In this document: piece by piece, positions 37,001 to 51,775 of the stretch
Layout of the letters: each line of letters opens with the position of its first letter
Position numbering within the stretch: the first letter of the stretch is position 1
Assembly (NCBI GenBank): GCA_043228905.1
Contig: JBHGNT010000009.1
Location: 8,370,001-8,434,000 of the forward strand
DNA from: Azolla caroliniana
Taxonomy: Eukaryota > Plantae > Polypodiophyta
Reading direction: 5' to 3'
Length of the DNA stretch: 64,000 nt
Program-made: the position numbers and the translations under genes
Notes under the pieces: model-generated
What the model saw: the letters and a program-made list of their open reading frames with translations, nothing else
What the model was told of the DNA's origin: nothing
Databases searched by the model: none

Positions 37001-38134
37001 CCGTCGGATTCCCTTTGTCTGAAGATAGCTCGTGAACTGGCTGGAAAAGTACTCTTTCCCGCCATCCGATCTCAGACACTTGATCTTTCTTCCGGTCTCG
37101 CGTTCGACAAGGTTCTTCAAATCTGGGAAGCATGAGAAGACTTTTCTTTTCTTCTCGATTAAATAGATCTAATTGTGCCGAGTGAATTCGTCGATGAAGG
37201 AGCCGAAATACCGACTCCCGCCGATGCTCACGTTCTGTGTCAGTTCCCATACATCCGAGTGGATAAGATCAAGCCTATTTCGGCTCTGATTCTTCTAATT
37301 GGGAACCGGAAGCCTATGTTGTTTCCTGAGTTGGCAAGCTACACATACTTGGCCTTTCTGGCCACTGAACTTCGGCAGTCCAGAAACTACGTGTTCCGAC
37401 TGCATCTCCTGAAGCTTCTGGAAGTTGATGTGGCCGATCCACTTATGCCATAGGTCGATGTCCGACTCGACCTTCTGCCCTTTCGTGAACATAGTGGTGC
37501 TGACATCATTCGTTTCAAGGATAAACATCCTCCCGTCTCGGTGCCCCTATGCAATGACTTTGCCTTCTTTTTCGATAAAACACCCGAGATGTGTGAACCG
37601 GACCTGCATCCCTTGATCAACAATCTGTCCGACTGACACGAGATTCTTCGTGATTTTCAGGACATGCAGGACGTTCATTAGATTTCCCTTCAGCCCAACA
37701 TGGCTAAGGGGAACTTTACCGACATGCTCGATGGTATGTGGAGTGTCATTACCAGTTTCGACAACCCCTAGTTGTTCCGGTTTCTCTAGGTAAGAGAACC
37801 ACTCCACGTGGCTTGTCATATGGCTTGATGCTCCAGAATCAACATATCATACCTCATTCGGTTTCGAGGTGCTTGTCTTCATCAAATAAGCCTTGTGTTT
37901 CATCACAAAGGTTGGGCCCAAACCATCTTCGGAGTCGGATTCTTCCCGTCCTTCCACATAGTGCGAGCTTTGTCGGCTTCCACGTCCGGCCTTGCCAGAT
38001 CCGGATTTGTCTGTATCAATGCACTTTTTCCAACACTCACTCTCTCTGTGACCCTTCCGGCCACAGTACCAACAATTCGTCGCAGTCTTCTCCCGCCGGA
38101 TCCTAACACTGCCTTGACTCCCCCTGCTTGTGAA

Positions 38135-41100
38135 TGTCATGAAGACATACATTTTGGCCTTACAAGGATTCGAGCCCAAGCCGTCTTGGTCTATATGTTA
38201 GACCTTTAACCATTATAATAACATATATGATGTATAGTTATAATAAATGTATTATTAGTTATTACAAGATATTTAGAGTATTCTAGAACATTCCAAGATA
38301 TTTCATGATTATATTAAATATCATAAATATCTAAAATATTCTAGAACATTCTAGAATACTCCATAAGGACCTATAAATAAGTGTTTATTCATTCATCACA
38401 ACTCATTCGGTTCAACACCAGTTTGTAGCCCTTTAGCCTACTCTTTGTAATAATTGCTCTCTTATAATATAAACTCTCTTTCCATTTCTAGTGTTCTCTC
38501 TCTCTCTCTCTCTCTCTCTACCTTCTATTGTCATCTTATGTTGAGAATCAAGCTCAACTTGGTCTAGTGTGTGAACTCACCTTGAGAGTGAATAGACACT
38601 CCAATGGTCAAGAGTCACCATTATTTCACCACTTTGTATTCTAGCATTTAGTATGAGTCATAGAATCATATTCTATGACACATAACTTATGAGCTTTCAC
38701 ATTCCCCATGCTCCATGAGTCATGTACTTAATGAAGAGAGAGAGTGACTATATAAAGCACCCTCCTCCCACCTTGTATAACGTTGAGTCTTTCTCCTTTG
38801 TTAATATACTTTACCTTGCGTATTCTTTGTGTCTTACTCCTTGTCTCTGTCACTCTCTCTCCCTCTCTCTCTCATACACACACAGTTCATATCTATTCCG
38901 CCGCACAGAATCCATCTCTTGATTCTTTACATGGTATCAAAGCGGTTTGGTAGCTCCATCTAGCCCATCTACGTGTGTTGAGTTCTTCGCCCACGTCCAA
39001 GAAGAACCGGCCCATCGCTATTGTAGTGCGACTACATAGCTCGCATTCGAAGAGAGAAGAGAAGAAGAAGAAGAATTGACATAATGAATACTCAAATGGG
39101 GAGCGCTCTCCTTACCGAGAATTTGGATCGAAACAACTTCGCATCTTGGGAGTACAAGATGCACCAATACCTTGTCGGACAAGGCTATTTGAGCTACATC
39201 AAAGGAGTGCACGAAGACCGACCCATTGAAACGGCTCCCGGATATGCGACATTGGAGCAAGCCGCAAGCCGTGTGATGTATTGCTTGGCAACATGTGTTC
39301 ACGATCACATGCTCGACTACATTCGTGAAGCCAAGACGCTGAAGGAGGCATGGGAAAATCTACGAAAGATTTTTGCGGCTAACACAACCACAACAAGGCT
39401 TCAACTCCGCCAAGAGTTGAACAACATTTAACAAAGGGACATGTCCATCACGACATACACCTTGAATATCAAAGAGCTTTGTGACTCGCTCAGCTCGATA
39501 AGCGTAAATATCGATGATGTTGAGATGGTGCAAATATGCCTCGGCGGCCTTGCACCATGGTTGGGCGCGATGCGAACCGCCGTTCTAGCAAGGGAGAAAT
39601 CTCCCTCCTTCTTCGAGCTCCAATCAATGCTATTGGTCGAAGAAAACCACGTGCGTAAAAGGAGCAATGAATCAGAAGGCCACATGCTCTATATGCACTT
39701 GAACGGAGGAAGAGGACGCGGACGAGCGAGAGGCCGATTCGGCCAAGGACGGTGGACAAGGTCCGACCTATGATAACAACTCCCAATTTCGGCCGCAAAA
39801 CGGAAGACAACGAGGAACCTTCGCAAGAAGGGGGAGCTTCCACTCCGGCCCGAGCCATCAAAACGCAACCGAATGCGGATATTGCGGAAAGCTCAGCCAC
39901 CACAAAGAAGAGTGTTGAAAGAAGATGCGCGAATCGGCTTCCACAAGCCGACAACTCACGAATTACGCGCACAATTCCGACTATGAAGAGTATAGCGGAA
40001 TGTACGGGACAACTCCGACTACAACGATCGTGGCAGAATGTATGCAGACAACTCCGACCGTGGCGGAATGTTCATGATGAAACATAGAGCAAACTCTATG
40101 TCAACTTCTACCTCAACTACTACCCTCAATCCGGAGGACATATGGTTTGTTGACTCTGGAGCCTCAAACCATATGACATCTCATAAAGAGTGGTTTCTCG
40201 AACTTCGAGATCCGGGGCGACCCGGGTATGTCGAAACCGGAGATGATACTACGCACCCGATTCGGCACATCGGCAATGTTCCGTTCGGCGAAAGAGGTAA
40301 CCAAACATACATTAAAAATGTCTTGCATGTTCCCACCATCACGAAGAATTTGGTCTCGGTCGGCCAAATGGTTGAGCAAGGGATGCAAGTACGATTCAAC
40401 CAAGAAGGGTGCTTCAAATTGTGCGCGGAAGAAGAGAGGGAATGTTCATTCTCGATTCACACGAGATGAAACCTGCCATGTTCGCAAAAAGCATGAAAGC
40501 CGACTCTGACATAGAGCTATGGCACAAGCAAATCGGCCACATCAATCTCAACAAACTCAAAGCAATGAAATCAAAAGGAGTCGTCATCAGACTCCCGACA
40601 TTCAAAGAGAAGGAGATTGAAGGTGTATGCGAAGCATGCCAATTCGGCAAGCAACACCGACACCTAGTCCCGAAAGAGCGGAACGTGAGCAAAGGTCCAC
40701 TCGACGTAGTCCATTCCGATGTATGGGGACCGGCGTAGACGGCTACATTCGGCGGATGCCGATATTACGTGCTCTTCCTCGACGACTTCTCTAGGCACAC
40801 GTGGCTCTATCCGATGTGGCAAAAGAGCGAAGTGTTCGGACACTTCCAAAGGTTTAAAAACAAAGTCGAAAAAGCCATTCGTCGTCATGTACGATGCCTT
40901 CGATCGGATGGCGGCAAGGAGTACTTCACGACATCTCTCCGAAAGGAAGGAATTCAGCGAGAATTCACTTACTGACACACTCCATAACAAAACGGAGTAG
41001 CCGAGCGCAAAAATCGGCACATCCTCGAAGTAGCGCGGGCCATGATGAACAAGAAGCATATGTCTAAGTCATATTGGGCCGAAGTTGCAAATACGGCCGT

Positions 41101-44100
41101 CTACCTAATGAACCGGTGCACAACATCCAGAATGCAGGAGGTCACTCTACACGAAAAATACTTCGGAAAGAAGCTTGACTTATCGCACACCCGGATATTC
41201 AGCGTGATAGCATACGTGCACATACCCGACGAAAAGCGGCAAAAGCTAGATCCAAAGTTGGACTAATGTATCCTCGTAGGATACGCACTCAAACAAAAGG
41301 GGTACAAATGCTACAACCCATCTACCTGAAAAATTTGAGTAAGTCGAGACGTCGTGTTCGACGAATCCGCATCCTGGTACGCACTAGAGAAGATTCCGAC
41401 TTCGACCCCGATCGACGCGGAACCAGCCGAACAAGAGCGAGAAGGTGGAGATTGCTTCGAAGACATGTTTGAAGATAGCCCAATTACCACAAGACTAAGT
41501 GGGCCACAAGAGCCCTCGAGCGATCAAAGCACATCACAGCCTAGCCCGAAGATGGACAAAAGCAAGGTGAAAATGGTGGAATACGAAGACGATCGCTTCG
41601 ACGACGATGAGTTGACTCACTCACTCGACAGTGAGTTCGGCGGCTTCGATGTACCAATCGGAGCTAAGAAAGCCCTCATCTTTGCAAATGAAAAGCTCTG
41701 TAGCTCCACCTGTGAAAAGAATCCGGTCAGCAGATTCGGCTACAACAACTACATGGCATATCACTATGCCTTTATGATGAAGGTGGCGACAGTACGCGAG
41801 CTGGACACATTTTCCAAAGCAGCCAAGGATCTACGATGGATCGAAGCCATGAACGAGGAGATGCAGGCACTATGCAAGAACGAGACATGGGATCTCGTTC
41901 CCACCTCACCACACAAAAAGGTGATCGAATACAGATGGATTTACAAAGTGAAGTACAATGCCGACGATTCCGTCAACCGCTACAAAGCGTGACTCGTAGC
42001 AAAAGGCTACGCCCAAACGCACGGAGTTTACTACGAGGAGACCTTTGCCCTGGTGGCAAAGATGACGATGGTACGGACCGTAATTGCGCTTGCCGCGAAG
42101 AAAGGGTGGCACCTCCATCAAATGGACGTCAAGAACGCCTTTCTACAAGGCGAATTAGAAGAGGAGGTGTACATGATACAACCACCCGGCTTCAACTCGA
42201 GCACCCATCTAAAAGTTGTATGTTGACTCAAGAAGCCACTCTACAGCCTCAAACAAGCACCACGTGCTTGGCATTTGAAGATAACGCAATATCTTCATCA
42301 AATCAGCTTCCGTATGTCAAAATCGGACAACTCCCTCCGCAAGTCCGATTGTCATCATCTTTTATGTGGATTACCTAGTTATTTGAGGTGAGCATTTCGT
42401 CGAAATCAATAAAGTCAATTCCCTCCTTTCCGACAAGTTCGAGATGACGGACATGAAGGAGCTTCACTACTTCCTCGGCATCGAGGTAATTCGAACTCCA
42501 GCCGGAATCATTATCTCTCAACGGCACTACATCCTCAACTTGTTATACAAGTTCGGGATGGTTGAGTGCAAATCCGCGGCAACCCCACTCGATCGCAATC
42601 ACAAACTAGATGCGAACTCTGGCACCAAAGCGTGTGAGCCGACTTAGTATCGGCAACTCATCGGGAGTGTCATCTACCTCACGATCACTCGACCCAATCT
42701 CATTTATCCGGTCGGTCTCCTTAGTCAATTCGTGCAAACACCGTGTGATACTCACTTGGATTGCGCTAAGCGAGATCTACGATACGTGAGCAGCACAATG
42801 GATTGTGGCATCCTCTACAAGACCGCGATGCCAATACGACTCGAGGGGTACACAGACACCGATTGGGCCAACTACAAAGTTGATAGAAGATCAACCTCCG
42901 GATTTGTTTTTTCCCTCAGCAGTGGAGCAATATCCTGGAGCAGCAAAAAGCAACCAATCGTCGCTCTTTCGAGCACAGAGGCTAAATACAGGGGCGCAGT
43001 ACTGGCCGCATGTGAAGCCGTATGGCTCAAAAGGATACTCAAGGATCTGGGCGTACCCATCAAGGATCTGACTTCCCTTTACTGCGACAACATGAGTAGT
43101 ATCTATCTGGCTCGGAACCCGGTGTTCCACGCACGGACAAAGCACATCAAAGGGCACTATCACTTCATCCGAGAGTGCATTCTAGTTGGCGATGTCGACC
43201 TACAACACATTAGCACAAATCTTCAAATGGCTGACATCTTCACTAAAGCCTTACGAGTTGACAAGCTATGGCAATTCATGACCGATCTCGGATTGACGAT
43301 CCCTAACCTGCCAAGCTTGAGGGGGAGTACTGAAGACACTACACAATAACTAAGATACTACACAATAACACGTGGATTCCGCAAACCACGCAACGAATCC
43401 GCGAAGAGACGATCTACCATGCAAGGAGATCGTCCTGCTTCCGCTTATGATGTAGGATTTCGCCTTCTAGCATGTGATATTCCATGGGACAAGGCGGCAT
43501 TAATGGACCAATTTCGTCAAGGTCTGCACAATGATGTGAAGGATTTACTTCTTAGCTTCCATGATGATCCAAAATCTCTTACTGAAGCAGTAAGCCAGGC
43601 CGTGCAATGTGACAATCACTTATTTGAGCGGCGTTCTAAGCGCCAACAAATGTTACGCTTCTGACCAACAGAAACATATGCTTCAGTGGTCGCAACTCCA
43701 CCGCAAGTATCAAAGTCAAGTGTGGTGGAAGGCCCTACTCCAATGGAAATCGAGACAACACGACGTCGAGGACCATTATCGGATTCTGAGAAGCAACGAC
43801 GACGAGCAAATCGTCTATGCCTCTATTGTGGTGGTCCAAGGCATATTGTTGTGAATTGTCCACATAAACCACCACAACAAGTTAACCAAGTAAGTGCTCA
43901 TGACAATCCCATCTCAATTTCTGCCCCGCCTTCTTGTAACCCAAGCAGGCCTAGTAGTCCCTGTCATAAAAATACATTTGATGCCTTGAGCCAATTAGAT
44001 GATGTGTTAAATGAGTAAGTCCGACCAAAGTCGGAGCCATTTGGTTGGACAGCCCTAAGCATGTAACGTCCATCCTTAGTTGTGGTTCCATTTCATCCGG

Positions 44101-47100
44101 TCAAGTTAGTCAAGTTTTCTCTACACAAGTTCAGCTTAACACATCTAGGTGCCATCGAGTCTCAGCTTCAGCCCTCTTAGACTCTGGAGCCAACTCTTGT
44201 TTCATGGATCGTGAGTTGGTTGTAATGCATAATATTTAGTTGCATAAGCTCCCAAGCCCAGTGTCTATCGGAGTCATTGATGGACGCCCCATAGCATCAA
44301 GTGATATAGTTGAAGAGTCTGAACCAATTCATGTAGTCCTAGGCAATTTGGCTAGTGTCATCTCATTCAACATCATTAGTAGTCCAGAGCACTCCCTAGT
44401 TCTTGGTCTTCCATGGTTTGAGCTACATAACCCAACTATTGATTGGAGAAAAAGAACCATTTAAGAGGTTATAATAGAGTCTGAGTCTCTTAAAACTCCA
44501 ACAAAGGATATGACATTCCAAAAGATTTCGACAATCTCTATACATCAGTTACGTGAGGAAGGACGGAAGGAAGACATGTTGGTGTTCGCAAGTTTAGCAA
44601 CTCCCACATCGAGCTCACAAGAATCGGGGGTCCAACTACCGAAGAAATATATAGAATTCTCCGATGTTTTTGATAAGGTGAAGGCCAATAGACTACCAGA
44701 GCATCGACCATATAATTGCCCGATTGATTTGCAGCCCGGAAACGAGCCTCCACAGGTGCCAATTTAGAGCCTTTCACCCACGGAGTTAGAGGTTCTTCAA
44801 GAATATATCAATGAGAACTTGGCGAATGGGTTTATCCAGCATTCAAGATCTCTGGCCAGCGCACCCATATTTTTCGTTAAGAAGAAAGATGATTTGCTTC
44901 GTCTGGTCGTGTCTTATCGAGGATTGAATAAAGTAACTATTCGTAACCGATATGCTCTACCATTGATTTCGAGCCTTCTGGAATGCCTCAGTGGAGCTAA
45001 GTATTTCACAAAGTTAGATCTTCGAGGTGCTTACAATCTTGTTCAAATTCGTCTTGGGGATGAATGGAAGACTGCTTTCCGTACTTGCTATGGTCATTTT
45101 GAGTATACAATGATGCCATTTGGTCTCACGAATGCACCAACAATTTTCCAACATATGGCGAATGACATTTTTCGAGATTTCCTGGATATTTTCGTCATAA
45201 TTTACTTGGATGATATCTTGATCTACTCAAAAACTCAAGAGGATCATGATATACACGTTCGACAAGCTTTGCAACGGTTGTGTGAATATGGTCCCTATGC
45301 AAAATTGGAGGAGTGCAGTTTTGACCAGTGTTAAGTGGATTTTTTGGGGTACATAGTCTCTTCACATGGCATCGTTATGGATCCAACATAGGTTCAAACA
45401 GTTTTGGATTGGCAAACACCACAGTCTGTGTGAGATGTACAATGTTTTTTAGGGTTTGCAAACTTTTATCGCAAGTTCATCAAAGATTGTTCAAAGATCG
45501 TATTGCCCCTCACTCAACTAACACAGAAGAATCAGCCATTTGTGTGGAGTATAAAGGCAAACTCTGCATTTGATGGATTAAAGCAAGCATTTACATCCGC
45601 ACCAATTTTGATGCATGTTGATCCATTGAAGTGCTTTATACTCGAAGCTGATGCATCCGACTTCGCACTAGGAAGCGTATTATCCCATATTAGCAATGAT
45701 GGCCAACTTCACCCTGTGGCTTTTCATTCACGGAAATTCGAAGCTGCAAAAATCAACTATGAGATTCACGACAAAGAGCTTCTTGCCATTGTGGATTCTT
45801 TTCAACAATGGCGTCATTTTTTGGAGGGTTAGTCTCAACAAATCATTGTCTATAATGATCACAAAAACCTAACGTACTTCCAAAGTGCTCGAGTCTTGAG
45901 TCGTCGACAAGCTCGTTGGGCGCAGTTCTTAACTCGTTTTGATTTCGTAATTCTATATTGCACTGGGACGCAACAAGGAAAAGCAGATGTTTTATCTCGG
46001 CGTTCGTATATGGAATTTCAACCAGGAGAGGCCGCATTTGAAAGTTCAAAGCAAATCCTCTTGGGTTCTGACCGCCTACGACTAATGGCATTTCATGCTA
46101 TAGACACACTCGGGGATTCAAGTCTTCTGGACTCCATTCGGGAGCATATTGAGATTGATGAATTCGCCCAAAATATATTTTGAACCATATTATCCCAGAT
46201 CATGCTTCTTGTTCACAATCTCAAAATCCTCGTCAAGACTACAACCAGTTCAATTGGCATGATGGTTTACTTTTTCGACAAAATCTCTTATGTGTGCCTG
46301 ATGGTCCTTCTCGACTCAAAGTCTTGCAACAATGTCATGACCAACCAATGGCTGGACATTTCGGCATCCACAAGAGTTTGGTGTTAATTTCTCGAAGGTA
46401 TTGGTGGCCACGACTTCTCCATTTTATGACGGATTAAGTTCGTAGTTGTGATACATGTTGCCGATCCAAAAAACCTCGACATCATCCATATGGCTTATTA
46501 CAGCCAATGCCTATTCTTGAGAGTCCATGGAAATCTATTTCATTGGATTTCATTACGGATCTACCACCTTCCAAGGGTTTTGATTCTATTCTCACGGTAG
46601 TAGATCATTTTACCAAGAAGGCACATTTTCTTCCCTGCACAAAGGCCATTACGAGCCAAGAGACAGCCGAGTTACTCATGCGAGAGGTGTTTCGGCATCA
46701 TGGTCTTCTTGATGATATTATCAGTGATCGGGGTCCCCAGTTCATCTCAAAATTTTGGCAGCACATGTTCAAAATCTTACATACTTCTTGCAAACTCTCT
46801 TCCGACTACCATCCAGAAACTAACGGACAGAGTGAGCGCACCAACCAAACAGTAGAACAATATCTTCGTTTTTTTGTCAACTATGAACAAGATGATTGTG
46901 TTGATCTATTACATTTGGCGGAATTTGCTTACAACAACTTAGAACATTCTTCTACATGATATTCCCCATTTTTTGCAAACATTGGGTACCATCCTCATTG
47001 GACTATGCTTGAACATCCCGAACTCCCGACAAACCCGGCTGTTGAAGATCACCATTTATGTGATGCTCAAAACACTCAAAAGAAGGTTGTCGACCGTCAT

Positions 47101-47963
47101 CGACGTGATTCATTGACTACGTTTCAAGTGGGAGATCGAGTATGGATTTTACAAGGTCGCATTAAAACAACCCGACCTTGCTACAAATTGGATTATCAAC
47201 GTTTTTGCCCATATGTGATATCTGGTAAGATCAATGATGTGGCATTTCACCTTGATCTTCCCCCTCATATGCATCTTCACCCGGTCTTCCATGTTTCACT
47301 TTTGGAGCCATACACAACCAACTCTATTCCAGGTCGTCTTACATCTCCCCCACCTCCAATCGAAGTTTCGGATGGCTCCGAATATGAAGTTGCAGTCATT
47401 CTCGACTCCAAGATCATTCGCAACAAACTGTATTATTTGGTTGACTGGTTAGGTTATACACCTAATGATTGAACATGGGAACCTTTCGAGAATCTTGCTA
47501 ATGCCTCCGAAATGGTTGTTGCTTTTCACAACAAATATCCCCATAAGCCAGCTCCAAAATCTTGACTTCCGATTCGTGGAACTCGTCGTCGAAAAGGGGG
47601 GATAATGTCATGAAGACATACATTTTGGCCTTACAAGGATTCAAGCCCAAGATGTCTTGGTCTATATGTTAGACCTTTAACCATTATAATAACATACATG
47701 ATGTATAGTTATAATAAATGTATCATTAGTTATGACAAGATATTTAGAGTATTCTAAAACATTCTAGGCTATTCCATGATTATATTAAATATCATAAATA
47801 TCTAAAATATTCTAGAACATTCTAGAATACTCCATAAGGACCTATAAATAGGTGTCTATTCATTCATCACAACTCATTCGGTTCAACACCAGTTTGTAGC
47901 CCCTTAGCCTACTCTTTGTAATCCTTGCTCTCTTATAATATAAACTCTCTTTCCATTTCTAGT

Positions 47964-48020
<57 letters not shown>

Positions 48021-48068
48021 CTTCTATTGTCATCTTATCTTTCTCTCTCCTATTCTCAAGTCACGACA
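38135..48068 (+). mobile_element. Ty3/gypsy chromovirus (Tcn1-like) element E; 5' LTR 38135-38538 (truncated), 3' LTR 47606-48068; hosts copia G
   Basis: LTRs start TGTCATGAAGAC; TSD GTGAA/GTGGA (38130-34, 48069-73); gag 3' half from ~43420; PR-RT-RH-INT-chromodomain remnants 44045-47560; PPT AAAAGGGGGGATAA. Confidence 0.92.
38539..43418 (+). mobile_element. Ty1/copia element G (5' LTR 38539-38931, PBS 38932-38943, gag-pol remnant 39084-43349), no 3' LTR
   Basis: PBS TGGTATCAAAGC; WFVDSGASNHMT, HSDVWGP, MDVKNAFLQG, YCDNMS, ADIFTKAL. Confidence 0.9.
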
Positions 48069-49349
48069 GTGGAGGGTCCGGAACTGTTGTCGGCACCATC
48101 ATTGTGCCTCCAATTTTGCTCTTGTCGACCACTTCCACTGCGTGCCGATCATCCTCATCCGCCTGAACCACAAGGCTGATCCACCTCCGTGTACAGCATC
48201 CTATTGTCAATGTGTGTGCTCATTGACGCACCTGCGTGGTTCTCCTCTACTAGGAGCATTGACTGTAAATCAAGAAACGAGGGTGTATTCTCCCTTGTAC
48301 ATACCACTATCCAGAATGCTCCGAACTTAGACGTTAGACCCCCGAGACAAACTTGCACCATCTCATCATCCTCGACGGTTATGTTGACAGAGCCAAGTGA
48401 GTCACAAATGTCTTTGATCCGGGCCATATAGTCGGCCACCGACATGTCCTTCTGTCGGACATTGCTCAAGTCCTTACATAGTTGCAACTTCCGCGCCGAG
48501 GTGCTTGCGGCGAAGACCTTCTTCAGGTTTCCCCAAGATTCCTTCCGCATTTTGGCGTCCTAGATATGGCGCAACAGCTGATCGCCTACATTAGACGCAA
48601 CGCAGTATATAACTTTGCTTGCCGCTTGTTCCCAAGTCGGAAAGTCCCTGTGTGCAACATTAGGTTTCGTGTCGTTAACTCCGTCGAAATAACTCCAGTA
48701 GCCATGCCCAAGCAAGTACCGGTGCATCTTGTACGACCAAGATGCGTAGTTGGATCTATTGAGCTTCTACGTCAGGAGCGAGCTAGCCATTGCTCGGTCC
48801 ATATTCTTCTTCTATATGTTCTTTACCGGGTGTTAGGGTTTGTCTTCAGAGAAAAAATAAACGCTTATCAGCTGCAGAGGTTCTCAAGCCTCGCGCTTTG
48901 ATACCATGTAAAAGAATATGATAGCGGAAGCTAAGAAAAACTGGCTCGTCCAGATAGCAAAGGAATACAAACACAGGTTTAATGGAAACCTTGTGCGAGA
49001 GAGATGGAGTTAGAGTAGAACATAGAAAATGTGTGTATTCCAAAACACTAAAAACTCTTTGTACATTCAAATGTCCTACAGAACAATTTTTATACAAGTC
49101 CTTAAAAGGACTAATAGAAGTACTGACAAGTACTTCAATGCTCACACGAGCGGCTGACACTAACTCCAAGGAATCTGGCTACGTACTAGGCTAAGATTGT
49201 AGACCTCTAACAGCCTACCGGTTACAATCTGATCTAACTCTTGGTTCCGGATACGGATCCAGATGCCTACTCGGTTCTCCGTTCCGGATACCGATCTAGC
49301 TCTAGCTTATTCAGCCGATCTGGATCCAATTGAGCTTGTCCGCTCAACA

Positions 49350-51148
49350 ACCATCCATGGTGAGTGAACCGGACCTGCATACCTTGATCTACGATCTAAC
49401 CGACCGACACCAAGTTTTTGGTGATTGTCGGTACATGCAGGACGTCCCTCATGATTCCCTTCTGACCGACATGGCTCAACGGGACATCTCCAATGTGCAC
49501 GATGGGATGTGGGGTGTCGTCCCTGGTTTCGACTACCCTCGGGTTCTTGATAAAGGAGAACTACTCTTTATGGTTCGTCATATGGTTTGAAGCTCCGGAG
49601 TCCACATACCAAACTTCTGCCAACTTTGAGTCGAATATTCCCATCCGGTTGGCCGTATGCTTCATTACGAGGGCCGCTCTCGACCCAGCTCTGTCCGAGC
49701 CTCCAGCGAAGTGTGATCGATGACGCATGTCCGTGTCTTTCTGGCTCAATACGTCATTGTCTGAATCATCTCTCTTCTTCCAACACTCGCTTTCTCTATG
49801 GCCCTTCCAGCCACAATACCAGCATTCCATTTCGGCCTTTGCTTGCAAGTTTCTAGCTTTGTCGCCTTGACACCCCAATCTTCCGAATCGTCCGGAATTG
49901 TTGTCGGCACCATCTTTGTGCCCCTGATCCCGCTCTTATCGGCCACATGCATTGCGCGCCAATCTGCCTTGTCTGCCACGACCACGGGACCTCTCTTCCT
50001 CCATGTACAACATCTTGTTATCGGTGTACGTGCTCGTCAACGCACCCGTGTGGTTCTCCTCTACAAGGAGCATCGACTATAAGTCGAAAAAGGAGGGTGT
50101 ATTCTCCCTTATACATACCGCAGTCCGGAATGCTCCGAACTTCGACGCCAGGCCCCCGAGACAAACATGCACAATCTCATCCTCCTCGATGGTCAATTTG
50201 ATGGAGACAAGTGAATCGCAGATGTCTTTGATCCAGGTCATGTAATCGGCCACTAACATGTCCTTCTGTCAGACATTGCTCAACTTTAGTTGGAGTTGCA
50301 ACGTTCGGGCCATGGTGGTTGCGGCAAAGACCTTTTTTCAGGTTTCCCCAAGCTTCCTTTGGCGTCATGGTGTGCCAGATATGGTTGAGTAGTTGATCAC
50401 CAACACTAGACGCAAAGCAATACATTACCCTGTTTGTCGCTTGTTCCCAAGCCGGGAAGTCCCTGTGTGCCGCATAAGGTGTCGTATCGTTAGCTCCATC
50501 GACATAACTCCAGTAACCATGCCTGAGTAGGTATTGGTGCATCTTGTACGACCAGGATGCATAGTTGGATCTGCCAAGCTTCTCCGTCGGGAGCAAGGTA
50601 GCCATTCCTTGGTCCATTCTCTCCTTCATGTTCTTTACCAGGTGTTAGGGTTTTTCTGTCAGCGTCACTCGTCGGTAGTAGAGGATTCTCAACCCTCGTG
50701 CTTTGATAGCATGTAATAGATATTGTGCATAACCTAAGATAAAACCAGCTTGTCTGGATAACAGCAGAACACAGAATGGAGGTTTAATGGAAAGCTTGAA
50801 TACACGAGAGAGACAGAGAGAGCAGAACAGTAAACTCAATTCAAAATAATAACATTCAGTACATACAAATGTCCTATAAAACACTTTTTATACAAGTCCT
50901 TAAAAGGACTAACAAGTACTTCAATGCTCATGCGAGCGACTAACACTAACTCCAAGGAATATGCCTACGTACTAGGCTCGGACCGTAGGCTCCAACGGCC
51001 TACTTGTTCTCACTATTCAGAAGTACGATCCGGTTCCCATTCCGGATACCGATATTTCCGGATACCTATCCGGTTCTCCGTTCCGGATACCAATCCGGCT
51101 CTGCCTTATTCCGCCGATCTAGATCCGGTTGAGCTTCCCCGCGCAACA
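49350..51148 (-). mobile_element. Ty1/copia element H, 5' part (LTR 50712-51148, mutated PBS 50700-50711, gag-PR)
   Basis: MDQGMATLLPTEKL gag start, CWYCGWKGH, WYVDSGASNHMT; interrupted by copia D at 49349. Confidence 0.87.
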
Positions 51149-51775
51149 TGTCACAACAATATACTCTACTTTTGTTGTGGATAATGTTAAGCATTTTTTA
51201 AGTCTTGATAGCCAAGTGACAACTCCTACAAAGATCATCAAATACCTCAATATGGACTTTCAACTATTTGCCTATGTACCCATTTAACAAAGTCTAGTTA
51301 TCAATAAATTTCAAATAAATTCTAGAAATACATCTCATAAATCATAGAATTAATTTCAGTACTTCCCAATTATTTCTATTCGGATTAGATATGAACCAAC
51401 TGTCCACACCAACTACATGGGAAATCTCAAGCCTTGTGCATTTTGTATCATACATCAACCTGCCAACTGTATAAGCATATGGTACCCTCTCCATTTTGTC
51501 TTTCTCTTTCTAACTTGTAGGGCACAATTTGGAACTAAGTAGTGACATGAAAGTGGAGTGACGATGCCTTACACACCCATGTTTAATTTCTAGAACTTTT
51601 TCAATGTAATTATCTTAAGATAGCTAAAGTTTCTTGCTTGCCCTATCCCTGGTTATCTTCATTTCAAGGATATGCTTACTCAATCCCAAGTTCTTCATAA
51701 GAAAGGACTTGCCAAGCTCTCTCATGAATTTCTCAATCTTGTTGATATCTTAACCAACTATCAAGATATCATCAA
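51149..51775 (-). pseudogene. Old Tnt1-like copia RT fragment
   Basis: DDILIVG*DINKIEKFMRELGKSFLMKNLG...ILEMKITRDR...YIEKVLE. Confidence 0.7.

Larger units (their letters stand above)
33633..49349 (-). mobile_element. Ty1/copia element D (5' LTR 48907-49349, PBS 48895-48906, PPT 34018-34031, 3' LTR 33633-34017 cut by gypsy F); hosts gypsy E
   Basis: LTR pair similar. Gag 48790-48070 resumes at 38134; PR, INT, RT (MDVKSAFLQGDL, YGLKQAP), RH (YTDADWA, YCDN, ADIFTK), all degenerate. Confidence 0.9.
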
